From a virus (Duplodnaviria > Caudoviricetes): a stretch of 64,000 bases of DNA. Within the stretch, counting starts at the first letter, position 1. Each line of letters opens with the position of its first letter. Where the stretch lies: the IMG/VR virus record IMGVR_UViG_3300013382_000004, one strand, 5' to 3'. This document shows positions 29,070-39,587 of the stretch, piece after piece. Below the pieces are notes generated by a model. That model did not search any database. It was not told where the DNA came from and worked only from the letters and a program-made list of their open reading frames with translations. The translations under genes and the position numbers were made by a program.

Positions 29070-30458
29070 TTAAGGGTCTTGAGAATTCTATATTTTAGAC
29101 CAAGATTTATTAAATAAATTTTCCCACACAGAATTTTTTTCAGAAGGATTAGAAGAAAGAGATTCAAGATTCTGAGGTATAAGTTTATCTAAATTAAGTT
29201 GAATCAAGTCTTTATTTAATTTTTCATATAAGAAAATTTCATACTATTGCGAAAGCTATACCGCTTTTTCTTCTTCTTTATTAGGAAATTCAACAGTTCC
29301 ATCTTGTTTTTTTATAACGTGTCTTGATTTTATAATTTCAGTGTGTTGTCTTTCTTCTTTAAGTTTAAGAATTTTCTTTTGAGATTCTTTGTTATTAGTA
29401 GTAAGATTCTTTCGTAAAAGTAATTCATCAAAAAAATCAGAAGTTTGATTTTTATAATGGGATTCATTTAAAGCAACAAGGGCAGTAGAATATTTAATTA
29501 AATAAGAAGGATAAGCAAAAACTGCTCCAAGACGGTTAATAAGTCCTTGTGTCATTTTTTGTTCAAATTCTTTTTGTTTACCATTTGAAATTAAACTTGA
29601 AAAACAATTGCAGCCCAAGTCTATAAAAATTTGACCTCTAAGATTAACATAGGTATCTATTTCTTTAGAAGTTAAAGGTCGTTCTTTATAAGTAACAAGA
29701 AGTGGTTCTTTGTTTTTAAGAGGTAAATAAAAACTTCCATTCTCTTCATATATAGCTGAATAGTCTGCATCAAATGGTAATTTATCTTTATCAATAAATC
29801 CACCTACAATAGTATTTTGTAAAAAAATAACTCCTTCTTTTTCTAATTGGCTTAAAATGGATTCTACTTGATAATAATTCTACTTTGAGGTATGGGAATC
29901 ATAATCTTCTAATACACTCATTGTATGTTTTGCTAAAACAAATTCATTCTTTTTTCTTGTTTCTCTTATTTCTTTTTTAGGTTCTGTGGCAAAGGGATAT
30001 CTAGAATCTTTTAAATCTAAAGTATATTTTTCTAAACGCTTACCATAAATATAGGGAGAAGAATGGAAATGTTTGAAATTTTCATTCTATAAACCTATTG
30101 CAGTAGCCAAATCTCCTTTAGAAATACAAAGATTTTCTCCATTCGTATATTGTCCATATATATTAAGGAACGAGCAAAAAATCCAGATAGCAGTATTTTG
30201 GTATAATTCTTTAACTACAGCTTGATAATATTCTTCAGGAGGAACAACTTTGATATTGATAAATTTATCTTTGCTTTTTCTCCAAGTAAAACATTTTTTC
30301 CAATTTTCTAATTGTTTCTTTTGATGTTTCTTTTGCGACGGTTTGGAATAATCGGTTTCATCAAGCAGCTTACAAAGTTCTTTATAATTATCAACAGAAG
30401 AAACATTAGATAGTTTTTCCTAAACTCTAAGATAAAGGCTCTATTTCTAATTAGCCAT
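29070..30458 (-). CDS. 462-aa TAG-recoded protein, possible replication-initiator-like DNA-binding protein
   Basis: SD AAGGAG + ATG 30458; frame open to TAA 29070 except 8 in-frame TAGs; N-term NYKELCKLLDE...KKQLENW; own promoter 30528-30556. Function inferred mainly from position. Confidence 0.8.
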
Positions 30459-30641
30459 AAATTATCTCCTTTATATAAATAGTATTAATAATTGCACAAT
30501 ATGGCAAATTCTATTAATCCAAATACATAATAACACACAAAAGTCAAGTTGTCAAGTACAATTTAAAACAAAAAATAAACTTGTTTATCCGATATGAGAT
30601 AAACAAGTTTATATATAGATTTATATAAATATTTTTAATAT

Positions 30642-32135
30642 TTATTTATTATCTTGAAGATACCGAATAACATCATTAAGAGCTTCGATAACGTCATTCA
30701 ACTTTTCAGCAGTATCAGTAGTGAGTTTAGTATTTACTTCATAATTATAAGTAGAATCAATAAGATTGAGCTTACGGAGATAATTAGGAAGTGAAGAAAT
30801 AATAAGATTTTCTCTTGAGGATGAAGGTGCTGTATCCGAAGGTGCTGTATCATTTGATGTAGATGTGTTAGAATCTTTTTCATCATTCTCTTGGGTTTTA
30901 AAATCAGTTACATATCTATTAAGATAAGGGAACTTTTTAAGATTGTCTTCGTTTAACTTATAAACAGAATCAATACGAGTAATTTCCTTAATACAATTAG
31001 GGTCAGACATAAGATAATTGCCGATACGCTTGTAATAAGTTTCATAAGGATAAATTAAGCCAAGCTCTTTACCAACTTCAAGATAGTTATATGTTCTATC
31101 TTTATAAGAAACAAAAAGAGGTGTCCAATAATAATAACAATACTTATCAGCATAGCCAAGGCGAGAAATATAACCAACAGAATTATTATTATTATAAACA
31201 ACATCTCCGAGCTTAAAGACAGGCTTAGGCTGTTCTGTATCAGTACTACTAACTTTATGCGTCCCAGTATCCGTATCATTATTATCAATAGTAATAATGG
31301 GCTTATTATCATTTACATTAATGATTTTAGTTTCAGACTGGGTTTCAAGTTCGGGGTCTTTCTTAGATTTCTCTTCAATATAATTTTCATAATCATTTTT
31401 ATAATCATTATATTTCTCTTTCAGGAAGTTTTTAAGTTCGCCAAGAGTTTTCTTAGAAAAGTCGGAAGCGTTAAAGAAAGTGTCCACGAGTCGTGTACAA
31501 AATTCTTCGTTAGAATAAAATGCGGATTTTAATTGAGTATCGGCACCCGTTTTTCCCTTATTTTTAGGGAAGTAATTTTTTTCATTTTCTGCCATCTGTT
31601 TGTCCTCTTTCGGGAGACATTTTTCAGTCTCTTTTTCAATTTTATTTTTCAAACCATCAAGAGTTCGTAAAGTAGAAAGTTGTTCAATCTTTCCTTCATA
31701 TTTCTTATCTGCCTCTTGAGTTAAAAGTAATAACTTATGAATATCTTCCTTCTCTTCTTTGGTGGGAGAAGTGGTAGGAGAGTGCATTGTGTCAAGAATG
31801 CTCCAAATAGTATTATAATTCTGGACAAAAGTGCTGACAGTCCAATCTTCGACAGCGGGAATTTTAACTTGCTCGTCATCAATATAAAGATAATATTTGG
31901 AAGCAAGGTCGTAACGAGTTAATTTTTCATGCTTTCCATTGTAATATCCGCCAGCCCATTTTGAACTATCGACACAACAAAGATTAATTTCAATTTTACG
32001 GCCATCAAAAATAGTATACGAAGAAACTTCCCAAATATTTTGAAGTTTATCCATCAGGGTATCTCCATCTTCGATGTTTTCCCAAACATATTGAGCAAAA
32101 GCTACTGGGTTAGTGGGAAAATCATTCTTTTTCAT
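30642..32135 (-). CDS. hypothetical protein
   Basis: 497-aa ORF with SD; hairpin 30575-30612 downstream. Confidence 0.8.
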   Translation of the reverse strand: MKKNDFPTNPVAFAQYVWENIEDGDTLMDKLQNIWEVSSYTIFDGRKIEINLCCVDSSKWAGGYYNGKHEKLTRYDLASKYYLYIDDEQVKIPAVEDWTVSTFVQNYNTIWSILDTMHSPTTSPTKEEKEDIHKLLLLTQEADKKYEGKIEQLSTLRTLDGLKNKIEKETEKCLPKEDKQMAENEKNYFPKNKGKTGADTQLKSAFYSNEEFCTRLVDTFFNASDFSKKTLGELKNFLKEKYNDYKNDYENYIEEKSKKDPELETQSETKIINVNDNKPIITIDNNDTDTGTHKVSSTDTEQPKPVFKLGDVVYNNNNSVGYISRLGYADKYCYYYWTPLFVSYKDRTYNYLEVGKELGLIYPYETYYKRIGNYLMSDPNCIKEITRIDSVYKLNEDNLKKFPYLNRYVTDFKTQENDEKDSNTSTSNDTAPSDTAPSSSRENLIISSLPNYLRKLNLIDSTYNYEVNTKLTTDTAEKLNDVIEALNDVIRYLQDNK

Positions 32136-32155
32136 ATTATTCTCCTTTTTCCCTT

Positions 32156-32596
32156 TTACTTAATGGGAGCGCCCTTAAAATCAACAATATCAGTAGGAAC
32201 ATCATTGGTGTCATATTCAATCTTAACACCAGTGTTCTTATAAGGCGCATCTTTAAGAGTAAGCTTTTTGTCAATCATGGGAGTTAAATCAAAGTACTCC
32301 TCAATTTCTTTACCAGTAAGAAGAAGAGCACCAGTAAGCGCACCTACAATCAAATAAAGCGGGTCTTTATGATTATCCTGAGATTTAAGCTCCGTAGAGA
32401 AGATAGTACACTGAGTATCATTCTCCTTAAGAATGTACTTAATATTATCAGGATTATCACTATCTTTAGTATCAGGAGTGGGAAGATTCTTCTTGCAAGT
32501 CAGTTTGGGAAATTCCTTCTGACGAGCAAGAAGTGTGTAGTTACGAGAAATGCCCTTACGAGCCTTAAAGTTATGTGCCATACGAGATTTAGGCAT
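32156..32596 (-). CDS. hypothetical protein
   Basis: ORF with SD AAGGAG. Confidence 0.75.
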   Translation of the reverse strand: MPKSRMAHNFKARKGISRNYTLLARQKEFPKLTCKKNLPTPDTKDSDNPDNIKYILKENDTQCTIFSTELKSQDNHKDPLYLIVGALTGALLLTGKEIEEYFDLTPMIDKKLTLKDAPYKNTGVKIEYDTNDVPTDIVDFKGAPIK

Positions 32597-32630
32597 TATA
32601 GTTATCTCCTTTTTTAAATTAATTTATTTT

Positions 32631-33455
32631 TTAAATCCAATAATTGTAATAATTGTTATGTGCTCTTTCTCTTTCAGTGATAGGAAAATTATCCCTAAAA
32701 CTTAATATTGAGTTAACTGCATTAACAGACAAATGAAGTTTGTGAATTGTAATCATTGTTTGTCTTATTTCATTACAATTTTCTGGACTATTTATAATAC
32801 TATGCTGTTTTAAAGTGCGCCAAATATGAAATTTTTCTTCGTATTTATCAAGAGCAACACGAATTGTTAAATAATTAAGAACGGCAAAAGCAAATTGTAA
32901 ATAGTTCCAACGACGAGTAATATAGAAGCTCAAACTTCTAAAATAATTATCGCAATTTGTGTTTTTACAATTTAATGCGCGTTCAATTGCTTGATTAATA
33001 ATAATCTCATCTTCTTTAAAACTAGCGCAACTTTCAATAATATTAAGCCAAGTGATATGAAAAGAGTTGGCATTTAAATTAATCATATAAGATGTGCCAT
33101 TATTAAGATAAGTAAAAGGTTGAGGCAGTTTTCCATATGTTTTTGCGTTCCACATTACAGCATTGTTAATAAGAGACATAAACCAGCTTGGTTGCCATAC
33201 AATTAATTCCTTATAATATTCAAGAATGGCATCGAACTTTTTAGAAACGCTCCAAAGAATCATCCAATCATTTTTACATTTAGGCTTTTTATAAACTGCT
33301 TCTCCAAAATCTGCATCATCCAAATCTTTAACTAAACAAGTCATAGTCGCAATAAATTGAACAATGTTATGTCTAATAGGCTTTTCACCTTTTGAAAGAA
33401 TTTTTACTTTTTCGGACTGGTATTCATCTAAACCATACATATCTAAATAAATCAT
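32631..33455 (-). CDS. hypothetical protein
   Basis: ATGA-coupled ORF. Confidence 0.75.
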   Translation of the reverse strand: MIYLDMYGLDEYQSEKVKILSKGEKPIRHNIVQFIATMTCLVKDLDDADFGEAVYKKPKCKNDWMILWSVSKKFDAILEYYKELIVWQPSWFMSLINNAVMWNAKTYGKLPQPFTYLNNGTSYMINLNANSFHITWLNIIESCASFKEDEIIINQAIERALNCKNTNCDNYFRSLSFYITRRWNYLQFAFAVLNYLTIRVALDKYEEKFHIWRTLKQHSIINSPENCNEIRQTMITIHKLHLSVNAVNSILSFRDNFPITERERAHNNYYNYWI

Positions 33456-34300
33456 GTTGCCGTCCTTAAGAGAATGTTAAGACATTCTTCTGCCATTCTT
33501 TCTTGGTGAGCACGCAATCTTTGGCTCTCTTGTCTTTCATAAATAGTAACCATTCTTTGAGCAATAATGTTAGCTCTGGTTTGAGGAATAAAGGCCATAG
33601 GGTTTCCCATACCACCTCTAATAGCTTCTAAATCTGCTTCTGTTGGAGTGGGAAGATTCTGATTTTCGGTTGTAAGGGGATTATAAATAATTTCATGCGT
33701 TTCTGGATTGTGAATATAAATTGTATTATTCCTGTCAAAAGGCCCGATATTTCCTTTTTTCTCCATAATATAATTTCCAAAGAAGCCTGTTAATTTAATT
33801 AAAGCTCTCAGAGCTTTATCAGAAAGGTTTTTATAAATATGGGCGAGATAATTCTTTGGGGTATCAAGTACAAGAAAGAAATCATCTATAATTCTAATAC
33901 AATTCTTCAATCTAATAATGTATTTATACATCAAACTATAATTCTTTAGATTGTTTTGACTGATGATAAAATCTTTATTAAAAGAAGTAACCATATCAGA
34001 ATAAAAACCAACCCAATTATTAAATTTAATTACTTTTAAACCTGTAGAACTCAATTTTGTATCAAAGAAAATAAAATTTAGATTATCAACAAAAGTTACA
34101 TCAGGATTTTCAGTTCTGAGCATAGTGACATAAGAAAGTAATGGAAGAGTAGGCTTGAGATAATCAAACAAAACAGCAAATTTATCAAGGCTAATTTCTT
34201 CATTGTCAAAGAAAAAGCCGAAAGGAATTTCATCAACAATCCTCAAATAAGAGGCAAACTGCTTTCTAATATCCTCATAAGGAATTGTTTTATTTTCCAT
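33452..34300 (-). CDS. hypothetical protein
   Basis: TAATG-coupled ORF. Confidence 0.75.
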   Translation of the reverse strand: MENKTIPYEDIRKQFASYLRIVDEIPFGFFFDNEEISLDKFAVLFDYLKPTLPLLSYVTMLRTENPDVTFVDNLNFIFFDTKLSSTGLKVIKFNNWVGFYSDMVTSFNKDFIISQNNLKNYSLMYKYIIRLKNCIRIIDDFFLVLDTPKNYLAHIYKNLSDKALRALIKLTGFFGNYIMEKKGNIGPFDRNNTIYIHNPETHEIIYNPLTTENQNLPTPTEADLEAIRGGMGNPMAFIPQTRANIIAQRMVTIYERQESQRLRAHQERMAEECLNILLRTAT

Positions 34301-35088
34301 TAATAACCCTCCTGATAATTTTCAACGACAGGAATATAGGGAGCGGGATTAACATCATGTTCATTAAAACCATGATAATAAATACATTTTTCCATTTCTC
34401 TACTAATTCGTGTAATAGGTAAAAGATTACAAGCAAATTTGTCTTTCTTTGAAGTAGCTTCATAAAGCTTTAATTCATTTGTAGAATAATAAGTAAGGTC
34501 AGTAACATGAGTGCCGAAACAACTACCTTTAGGCATCGTAGCTATTGGATATTTTTCTTTTATCAAATCTCTGAAAGCCCAAATTACATCTACTGCCCAC
34601 CAAATATGTTCCATAACATAATACAAAAGAACAAAAAAACTTTTTATATTTTGTTTTTTTAAAGAGATAATTAATTTATCAGCGTTTTCAAATAAAGTAC
34701 TTCCTGATTCAAGATATTTATATTGTAACTGTTCTGGTCTTAAACCATAATCAAGAGTAATTTTATCAAAGTTTTTGGTGTGAGAAACTAATAAGTTCTC
34801 TTCTTGGCAATCAAGCAATGTACTGTTAAATATGATTGATTGTTTAGCAGAAAAAGAATAAAAACTACGAGGATTCTTTAAAGTTAAAAGGTACTCATAA
34901 GTAGGAACAAAAGCAAAGAACCATTCACGATATTGAAATAATATATCAAAAGTCATTTCATTAAAAAGAACTGGTTTGAATAATACATCTTTGTTTTGCT
35001 CAATTAATCCATCCCTACCCAAAATATGTTCAACCACATCTACTGCGTTAATAATATTTGCTTCAGGCGGAGTTACTTTCATCGTCAC
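34300..35088 (-). CDS. hypothetical protein
   Basis: ORF with SD GAGGTG and upstream promoter. Confidence 0.75.
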   Translation of the reverse strand: MTMKVTPPEANIINAVDVVEHILGRDGLIEQNKDVLFKPVLFNEMTFDILFQYREWFFAFVPTYEYLLTLKNPRSFYSFSAKQSIIFNSTLLDCQEENLLVSHTKNFDKITLDYGLRPEQLQYKYLESGSTLFENADKLIISLKKQNIKSFFVLLYYVMEHIWWAVDVIWAFRDLIKEKYPIATMPKGSCFGTHVTDLTYYSTNELKLYEATSKKDKFACNLLPITRISREMEKCIYYHGFNEHDVNPAPYIPVVENYQEGY

Positions 35089-35180
35089 ACACTTTCACCT
35101 CTATCCTTTTATATAATACAACAAAAAGCCTTATTTGTCAAGAGTTTAATCTCAACAAATAAGACTCTTATTATATATTT

Positions 35181-35444
35181 TTAAGTGTTTTTATAAAGAA
35201 GAGCGCAACGAGGAGCAAGATTTTGAGCTTTCATAATTGAAAGATTCTTGATAGCCACAGCGTAGAACTTGTTGAACTCTTCAAGAGAAGACCAACAAAT
35301 GACGTTATCATCGTCTTTCTGACCAAAGTAGTAATACTTATCAAAGCTGTCCCAACAAAGATAACTATCATTGGTATCACTATAAATAGTCAGAATGGTA
35401 TTATGCATAGGAGTAACTTTAAATTTCTCATTAATGTTAAACAC
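35181..35444 (-). CDS. hypothetical protein
   Basis: GTG start after AAGGAG. Confidence 0.7.
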   Translation of the reverse strand: MFNINEKFKVTPMHNTILTIYSDTNDSYLCWDSFDKYYYFGQKDDDNVICWSSLEEFNKFYAVAIKNLSIMKAQNLAPRCALLYKNT

Positions 35445-35459
35445 GATAAAATTCTCCTT

Positions 35460-35723
35460 TCAATTTAATTTCGCCCAATGAACACAATTTGTATCAATCT
35501 CATGAGGAGAAATGTCCCAAGAATATTTATCAGGATATGATTTAAAATCACTTAAATATATCAAATATTCATCTGCGTAATAATCAAATTTTCTCCCTTG
35601 AAATTTTGCTGTGTAAACATTATAACTGCCACCAAAAATTTCGTCCATAAATTGAACGTCTTCAAGTATAAGGACTTCTTCACCGACACGTGGCTACCTA
35701 TCTTCAAAACTATACCATTCCAT
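35460..35723 (-). CDS. DUF551-like small protein, TAG-recoded (codon 10)
   Basis: MEWYSFEDR[TAG]PRVGEEVL aligns to paralogue MEWFDFEKKQPHIGEEIL; ends HWAKLN. Confidence 0.8.
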
Positions 35724-35744
35724 TTTTGTTAATCCTTTTTTATT

Positions 35745-35984
35745 TCAATTTAATCTTGCCCAACGTAAACAGGAAGATATAAAACAATGAAATTGGCTTG
35801 AATAATTTTTTTGAATATATCTTTTAAAATTGTCTAGTTTAACATCACATACTCCACGACTATCTATTCTTTCTCTTCCTAAATAGGTAGCAACAAAGAT
35901 TTTATGATGCCCAAGAATGGTTTTCATTACGAGAATTTCTTCGCCAATATGGGGTTGTTTCTTTTCAAAATCAAACCATTCCAT
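35745..35984 (-). CDS. DUF551-like small protein
   Basis: MEW...P..GE.IL...WARLN. Confidence 0.75.
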   Translation of the reverse strand: MEWFDFEKKQPHIGEEILVMKTILGHHKIFVATYLGRERIDSRGVCDVKLDNFKRYIQKNYSSQFHCFISSCLRWARLN

Positions 35985-36006
35985 TTTTTGTTAATCCTTT
36001 TTATTT

Positions 36007-36288
36007 TTAATATAATCTTGCCCAGTGAAGAAATTTTGAATAAAGACTCTTTTCATCTAAACAAAGATAAAGTTTTTCTCCACCAATTATTTTTAAATTG
36101 GTAAGTTTTACTAAGCTCATATCTTGGCTGTTATATTCTGTTTTTTTAAAGCTCTTATAATTACATTCGTAAATGGTGTAATGATTGGTGGAATTGCGCC
36201 CTACAAGTTCATAACTTGACCACTCGTGGATAATTACAATTCGCTCCCCGTTTTTAGGAAGATGCTCAAGAAAAGATTCCCATACCAT
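36007..36288 (-). CDS. DUF551-like small protein
   Basis: MVW.SF..HLP..GE...HWARLY. Confidence 0.75.
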   Translation of the reverse strand: MVWESFLEHLPKNGERIVIIHEWSSYELVGRNSTNHYTIYECNYKSFKKTEYNSQDMSLVKLTNLKIIGGEKLYLCLDEKSLYSKFLHWARLY

Positions 36289-36291
36289 GAT

Positions 36292-36549
36292 TTAATACAA
36301 CCTCGCCCAATGAACATTATCAAGCCAAAAAGAACAATACCATATGGATTTTTTATTTATAGTTGCTTTGCCTGAGATTAAAACTAAATCATGTAAAATC
36401 ACACTTCCAGAACATTCATTTTTAAAAATGCATTTGTACACAGGATTTGAAGATGTTCTACATTTTACTTGGCTTATTGCTGTTGAAAAACAAATCCAAA
36501 TTAACTCTCCTTTTCGCGGGAGCTTTTCTGCAAAAGTGTGCCATTCCAT
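36292..36549 (-). CDS. DUF551-like small protein
   Basis: MEWHTF.EKLP..GE...HWARLY. Confidence 0.75.
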   Translation of the reverse strand: MEWHTFAEKLPRKGELIWICFSTAISQVKCRTSSNPVYKCIFKNECSGSVILHDLVLISGKATINKKSIWYCSFWLDNVHWARLY

Positions 36550-36567
36550 AATTAATCAAATTTAGGC

Positions 36568-36810
36568 TTAGATTTCCTCCTTTACAACTTCCTTGTTAGT
36601 TACATCAGCAATTCTAATGATAAAAGTTTTAGTTGCAAAAGACATTTCCTTGTCATGGAAATTAACAATAAGACCAGCATCATTTTCATTTTCATAATGA
36701 AAATCAATATAGTCTACACCAAGAACTGCGTTCTCACCAAAGAGAGCTTTAACAATATCTTTTCTTAAATCTTCCTGAGTGTATGCAATAAGATTTTCAG
36801 TTCGTTTCAT
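36568..36810 (-). CDS. hypothetical protein
   Basis: ORF with SD. Confidence 0.7.
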   Translation of the reverse strand: MKRTENLIAYTQEDLRKDIVKALFGENAVLGVDYIDFHYENENDAGLIVNFHDKEMSFATKTFIIRIADVTNKEVVKEEI

Positions 36811-36816
36811 AAAATA

Positions 36817-36871
36817 ACAGCTCCTTTCTTTACTGTAACTATATTATAGCAAGTAAGAAAGAAGCTGTCAA
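36817..36871 (-). promoter_or_regulatory. sigmaA promoter whose spacer is complementary to the downstream SD
   Basis: TTGACAgcttctttcttacttgcTATAAT...gtaaagaaaggagctgt. Confidence 0.75.
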
Positions 36872-36899
36872 GTGTTTATTAAATTTTAATTGAAATTAT

Positions 36900-37724
36900 T
36901 TAGTCAAAGATATCAATATCGCTACGAGGGCAGTAGGAACGCGACTCTTCAACAGACTTTTTAGCCTGAGCATTTGCGGCGTTAATTTTTTCAATAATCA
37001 GGTTACAGTTTTCGAGCTTGTTAATAACTTCCATCTGTTCCTTAACAGTACGTCTTGCAATGAGAATATCTTGGAGCTTTTTAAAAATAAGATAACCATT
37101 GCAAGCATCAAGGTGAGAGAACTCAATGTAATGAAGCACATCAACAATTTGAGCATTGTAATCGCCCAACTGCTTTGCCAAGTCTTCATTAGAGGGAAGA
37201 GAGTTGATAGAAGAAGCGATTTCCTCAAAAGTACTGGACATAGATTCTAAAGTAGGAAGAATCTTATCCTTGGTATATTTACTTGCCTGATATTTTTTAA
37301 GAGAGTCTTTGACAGGAAGTTCATCACCATCAATCATAGCCTTTGCACAATTAGTATGAGGAACAAATGGCAAAAGAGAATCTTTGAATTGCATTTCGAT
37401 AGGATTTCCACTTGTAACAGGTGCTTCGCTTAAACTTTCCTGCATATTAAGGACTGCTTTAGAAATATTCAAACGAATTAATCCTTTATTTGCCACATCG
37501 GAAACGAGCTGGTCATACACCAAGCTATTGGTTTCAGCATGATAAATAGAAAACACACGATTTGACAAAAACTTGTCAACAATAGAGTGATTGAGGACAA
37601 TGTTTGCAGCTTTGTCAATATCCTTAAACAAATGTTTCTTGTTAGGATTTGAAATATAGCTGTATTGATTGCTCACAAACTGAATATAAGAGTTAGTTGT
37701 GGTTTCTTTCAGATAAAAGCTCAT
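36900..37724 (-). CDS. hypothetical phage protein with coiled-coil C-terminus
   Basis: IVDVLHYIEF...GY...L...RR.VK...Y.PR. Confidence 0.75.
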   Translation of the reverse strand: MSFYLKETTTNSYIQFVSNQYSYISNPNKKHLFKDIDKAANIVLNHSIVDKFLSNRVFSIYHAETNSLVYDQLVSDVANKGLIRLNISKAVLNMQESLSEAPVTSGNPIEMQFKDSLLPFVPHTNCAKAMIDGDELPVKDSLKKYQASKYTKDKILPTLESMSSTFEEIASSINSLPSNEDLAKQLGDYNAQIVDVLHYIEFSHLDACNGYLIFKKLQDILIARRTVKEQMEVINKLENCNLIIEKINAANAQAKKSVEESRSYCPRSDIDIFD

Positions 37725-37794
37725 ATCAGCTTTATCTCCTTTCAATTTTGATACGACAATTATACCAAGATAAAAGGATTATTTCAAGGGTTTA

Positions 37795-38169
37795 TTAAGA
37801 AATTTTTTCAGGGTCCGCAATAGAATAATTAATTCCAACCACAAGAAATTCATCACGATGAGACAAGTAAAACAAATGAATTACTCTTTCTCCGAGATAA
37901 ATCTCTTCGTCTGCATCAAGCAACATATATCTCTCATGTTCAGGGCTAATTTCATAAATATCTGTCCTAATTTCTGTAATGGTTTTAAGTTCATTTTCAG
38001 ACAAAAGATTATCCCCTTTATTATCCATAACAGAAATTTCATTCAAGGGGACAAAGTTTCCAAGCAAGGAAGAATTATTAGAAGTTAAACAAACTCCAAT
38101 TTTTGTGTCACCATGCCAAACAGAACTTACCCCTTTAAGGCCAACAGGCATAGAAAAGATATTATTCAT
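37795..38169 (-). CDS. hypothetical protein
   Basis: TAATG-coupled ORF. Confidence 0.7.
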   Translation of the reverse strand: MNNIFSMPVGLKGVSSVWHGDTKIGVCLTSNNSSLLGNFVPLNEISVMDNKGDNLLSENELKTITEIRTDIYEISPEHERYMLLDADEEIYLGERVIHLFYLSHRDEFLVVGINYSIADPEKIS

Positions 38170-38789
38170 TAAAATTTATTTTTAACCTCAATCATATATT
38201 CTTCTAAAAACTTATTCGCTTTTTCATGTTTACAATATTTCATAAAAATATGTCCAAATACAAGGCCGCTAAAAAGTCCTGCAAAATGAGCAATATTACC
38301 AATATTGGGAATAAATAAATTTATTCCAACGGCAGAAATGATTACAACAATTAAAATTTTAAATCTATCTTTTTTATCTACAACAGTAGTAATGAAAAAT
38401 CCCATTAATCCATAAATAGCACCAGAAGCGCCAAGACCAACAGCATTAGGAGAAAACCAAGAATAAGCAATAAAGGTAGCGATTTCTGAAATAATACCTG
38501 TACCTAAATAGACGCAAAGAAATTCTGTTTTTGTAAGATATCTTTCTACAAGGCTTCCTAAATAAACAAGACTAAGCAAATTTGCCACCAGATGATATAA
38601 TTGGGCGTGAGTAAAAACAGGAGTTACAAATCGCCAAATTTCAATGGAACTGTTATATAGTAAATTGTAACTCCATAGATAACAAATAAGAGTAGGATTA
38701 ATTAAAACTGCAATATAAACTGCAATGTTAATTAAAACCAACCAAAAGGTTAAAGTTTTAGAAAATTCTTTTAATTTGGTCATCAACAA
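38169..38789 (-). CDS. rhomboid family intramembrane serine protease
   Basis: WRFVT..F.H...HL..N, GASGAIYG, AHFAG; multiple TM segments. Confidence 0.9.
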   Translation of the reverse strand: MLMTKLKEFSKTLTFWLVLINIAVYIAVLINPTLICYLWSYNLLYNSSIEIWRFVTPVFTHAQLYHLVANLLSLVYLGSLVERYLTKTEFLCVYLGTGIISEIATFIAYSWFSPNAVGLGASGAIYGLMGFFITTVVDKKDRFKILIVVIISAVGINLFIPNIGNIAHFAGLFSGLVFGHIFMKYCKHEKANKFLEEYMIEVKNKF

Positions 38790-39030
38790 TTTTCCTCCCG
38801 CAATAAGGACAGAAATTCATATCAGGATGCAATTGTTCGCCACATTCAGAACAAACTTTGATAGTTCTAATATAACTCCTGTTTATGTTTACAAGTTTCT
38901 TTTTACAAGTTACATTACAGCCAAGACTAAAGCCAAGAGTGTTTAACTGGTCTTCTGCAAGGCTACGTTCCCAAGCAACTTGTTCGTAAACATCGTATAA
39001 TACAGTATCAGGATGTTCTTTGTTATTCAT
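38758..39030 (-). CDS. zinc-ribbon protein
   Basis: CSECG...NFCPYCG. Confidence 0.7.
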   Translation of the reverse strand: MNNKEHPDTVLYDVYEQVAWERSLAEDQLNTLGFSLGCNVTCKKKLVNINRSYIRTIKVCSECGEQLHPDMNFCPYCGRKIVDDQIKRIF

Positions 39031-39344
39031 TAATATAAATCCTCCGAATAAAGTTCAATTTCTTTTCGCTGTTCTTTAAAATAAATAAGAGAAGCAGGAA
39101 GAGAATCTTTTACAAGTTCAAAGGCTTTTGCTCTATTGTAAAAATTTCCAGCTTCATCAATAAAACCTCCTTCTTTAACCCAATCGGTAGCTTTATGATT
39201 TCCTGTAAGCATATTGCTAATACAAGCAAAATTTCTATAACCATCACCATGACGAGAGCAAGGAAGAATAATGCTCTTTTTTGGACATCCTCTGTTAATG
39301 TTACTAGGCGTAAACCTAATAGCGGCACATACAATTTTTGACAT
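39030..39344 (-). CDS. hypothetical phage protein
   Basis: MSKIVCAAI...RH...GFIDEAGNFYNR..A...LYSEDLY. Confidence 0.7.
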   Translation of the reverse strand: MSKIVCAAIRFTPSNINRGCPKKSIILPCSRHGDGYRNFACISNMLTGNHKATDWVKEGGFIDEAGNFYNRAKAFELVKDSLPASLIYFKEQRKEIELYSEDLY

Positions 39345-39358
39345 ATTATACCTCAATT

Positions 39359-39586
39359 TCATCCATTTTCCATAAAAGCCCCACAAGCGGGACAGTAAGG
39401 ACTTGAAATAACATATATACCAACATCATTAATATTTGTTCGAACAATGCCTCTTTTTTTGCAACTCCCACAAGTAGCCATAGCAAGAGTCTCAAGGAAG
39501 GGCTTGACATCATAATAAAAATCAATGTTATACCAATGATTTTGTTCTGGAGAAATAATTTTAGATTTAATATATTTAGTCTTCAT
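39359..39586 (-). CDS. zinc-ribbon protein
   Basis: CGSC...YCPACG. Confidence 0.65.
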   Translation of the reverse strand: MKTKYIKSKIISPEQNHWYNIDFYYDVKPFLETLAMATCGSCKKRGIVRTNINDVGIYVISSPYCPACGAFMENG

Positions 39587-39587
39587 G

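Noticed and set aside
29070-30458. TAG-interrupted genes as pseudogenes
   Set aside because: Every interruption is TAG, never TAA/TGA or a frameshift; SD/start, motifs and gene coupling are intact
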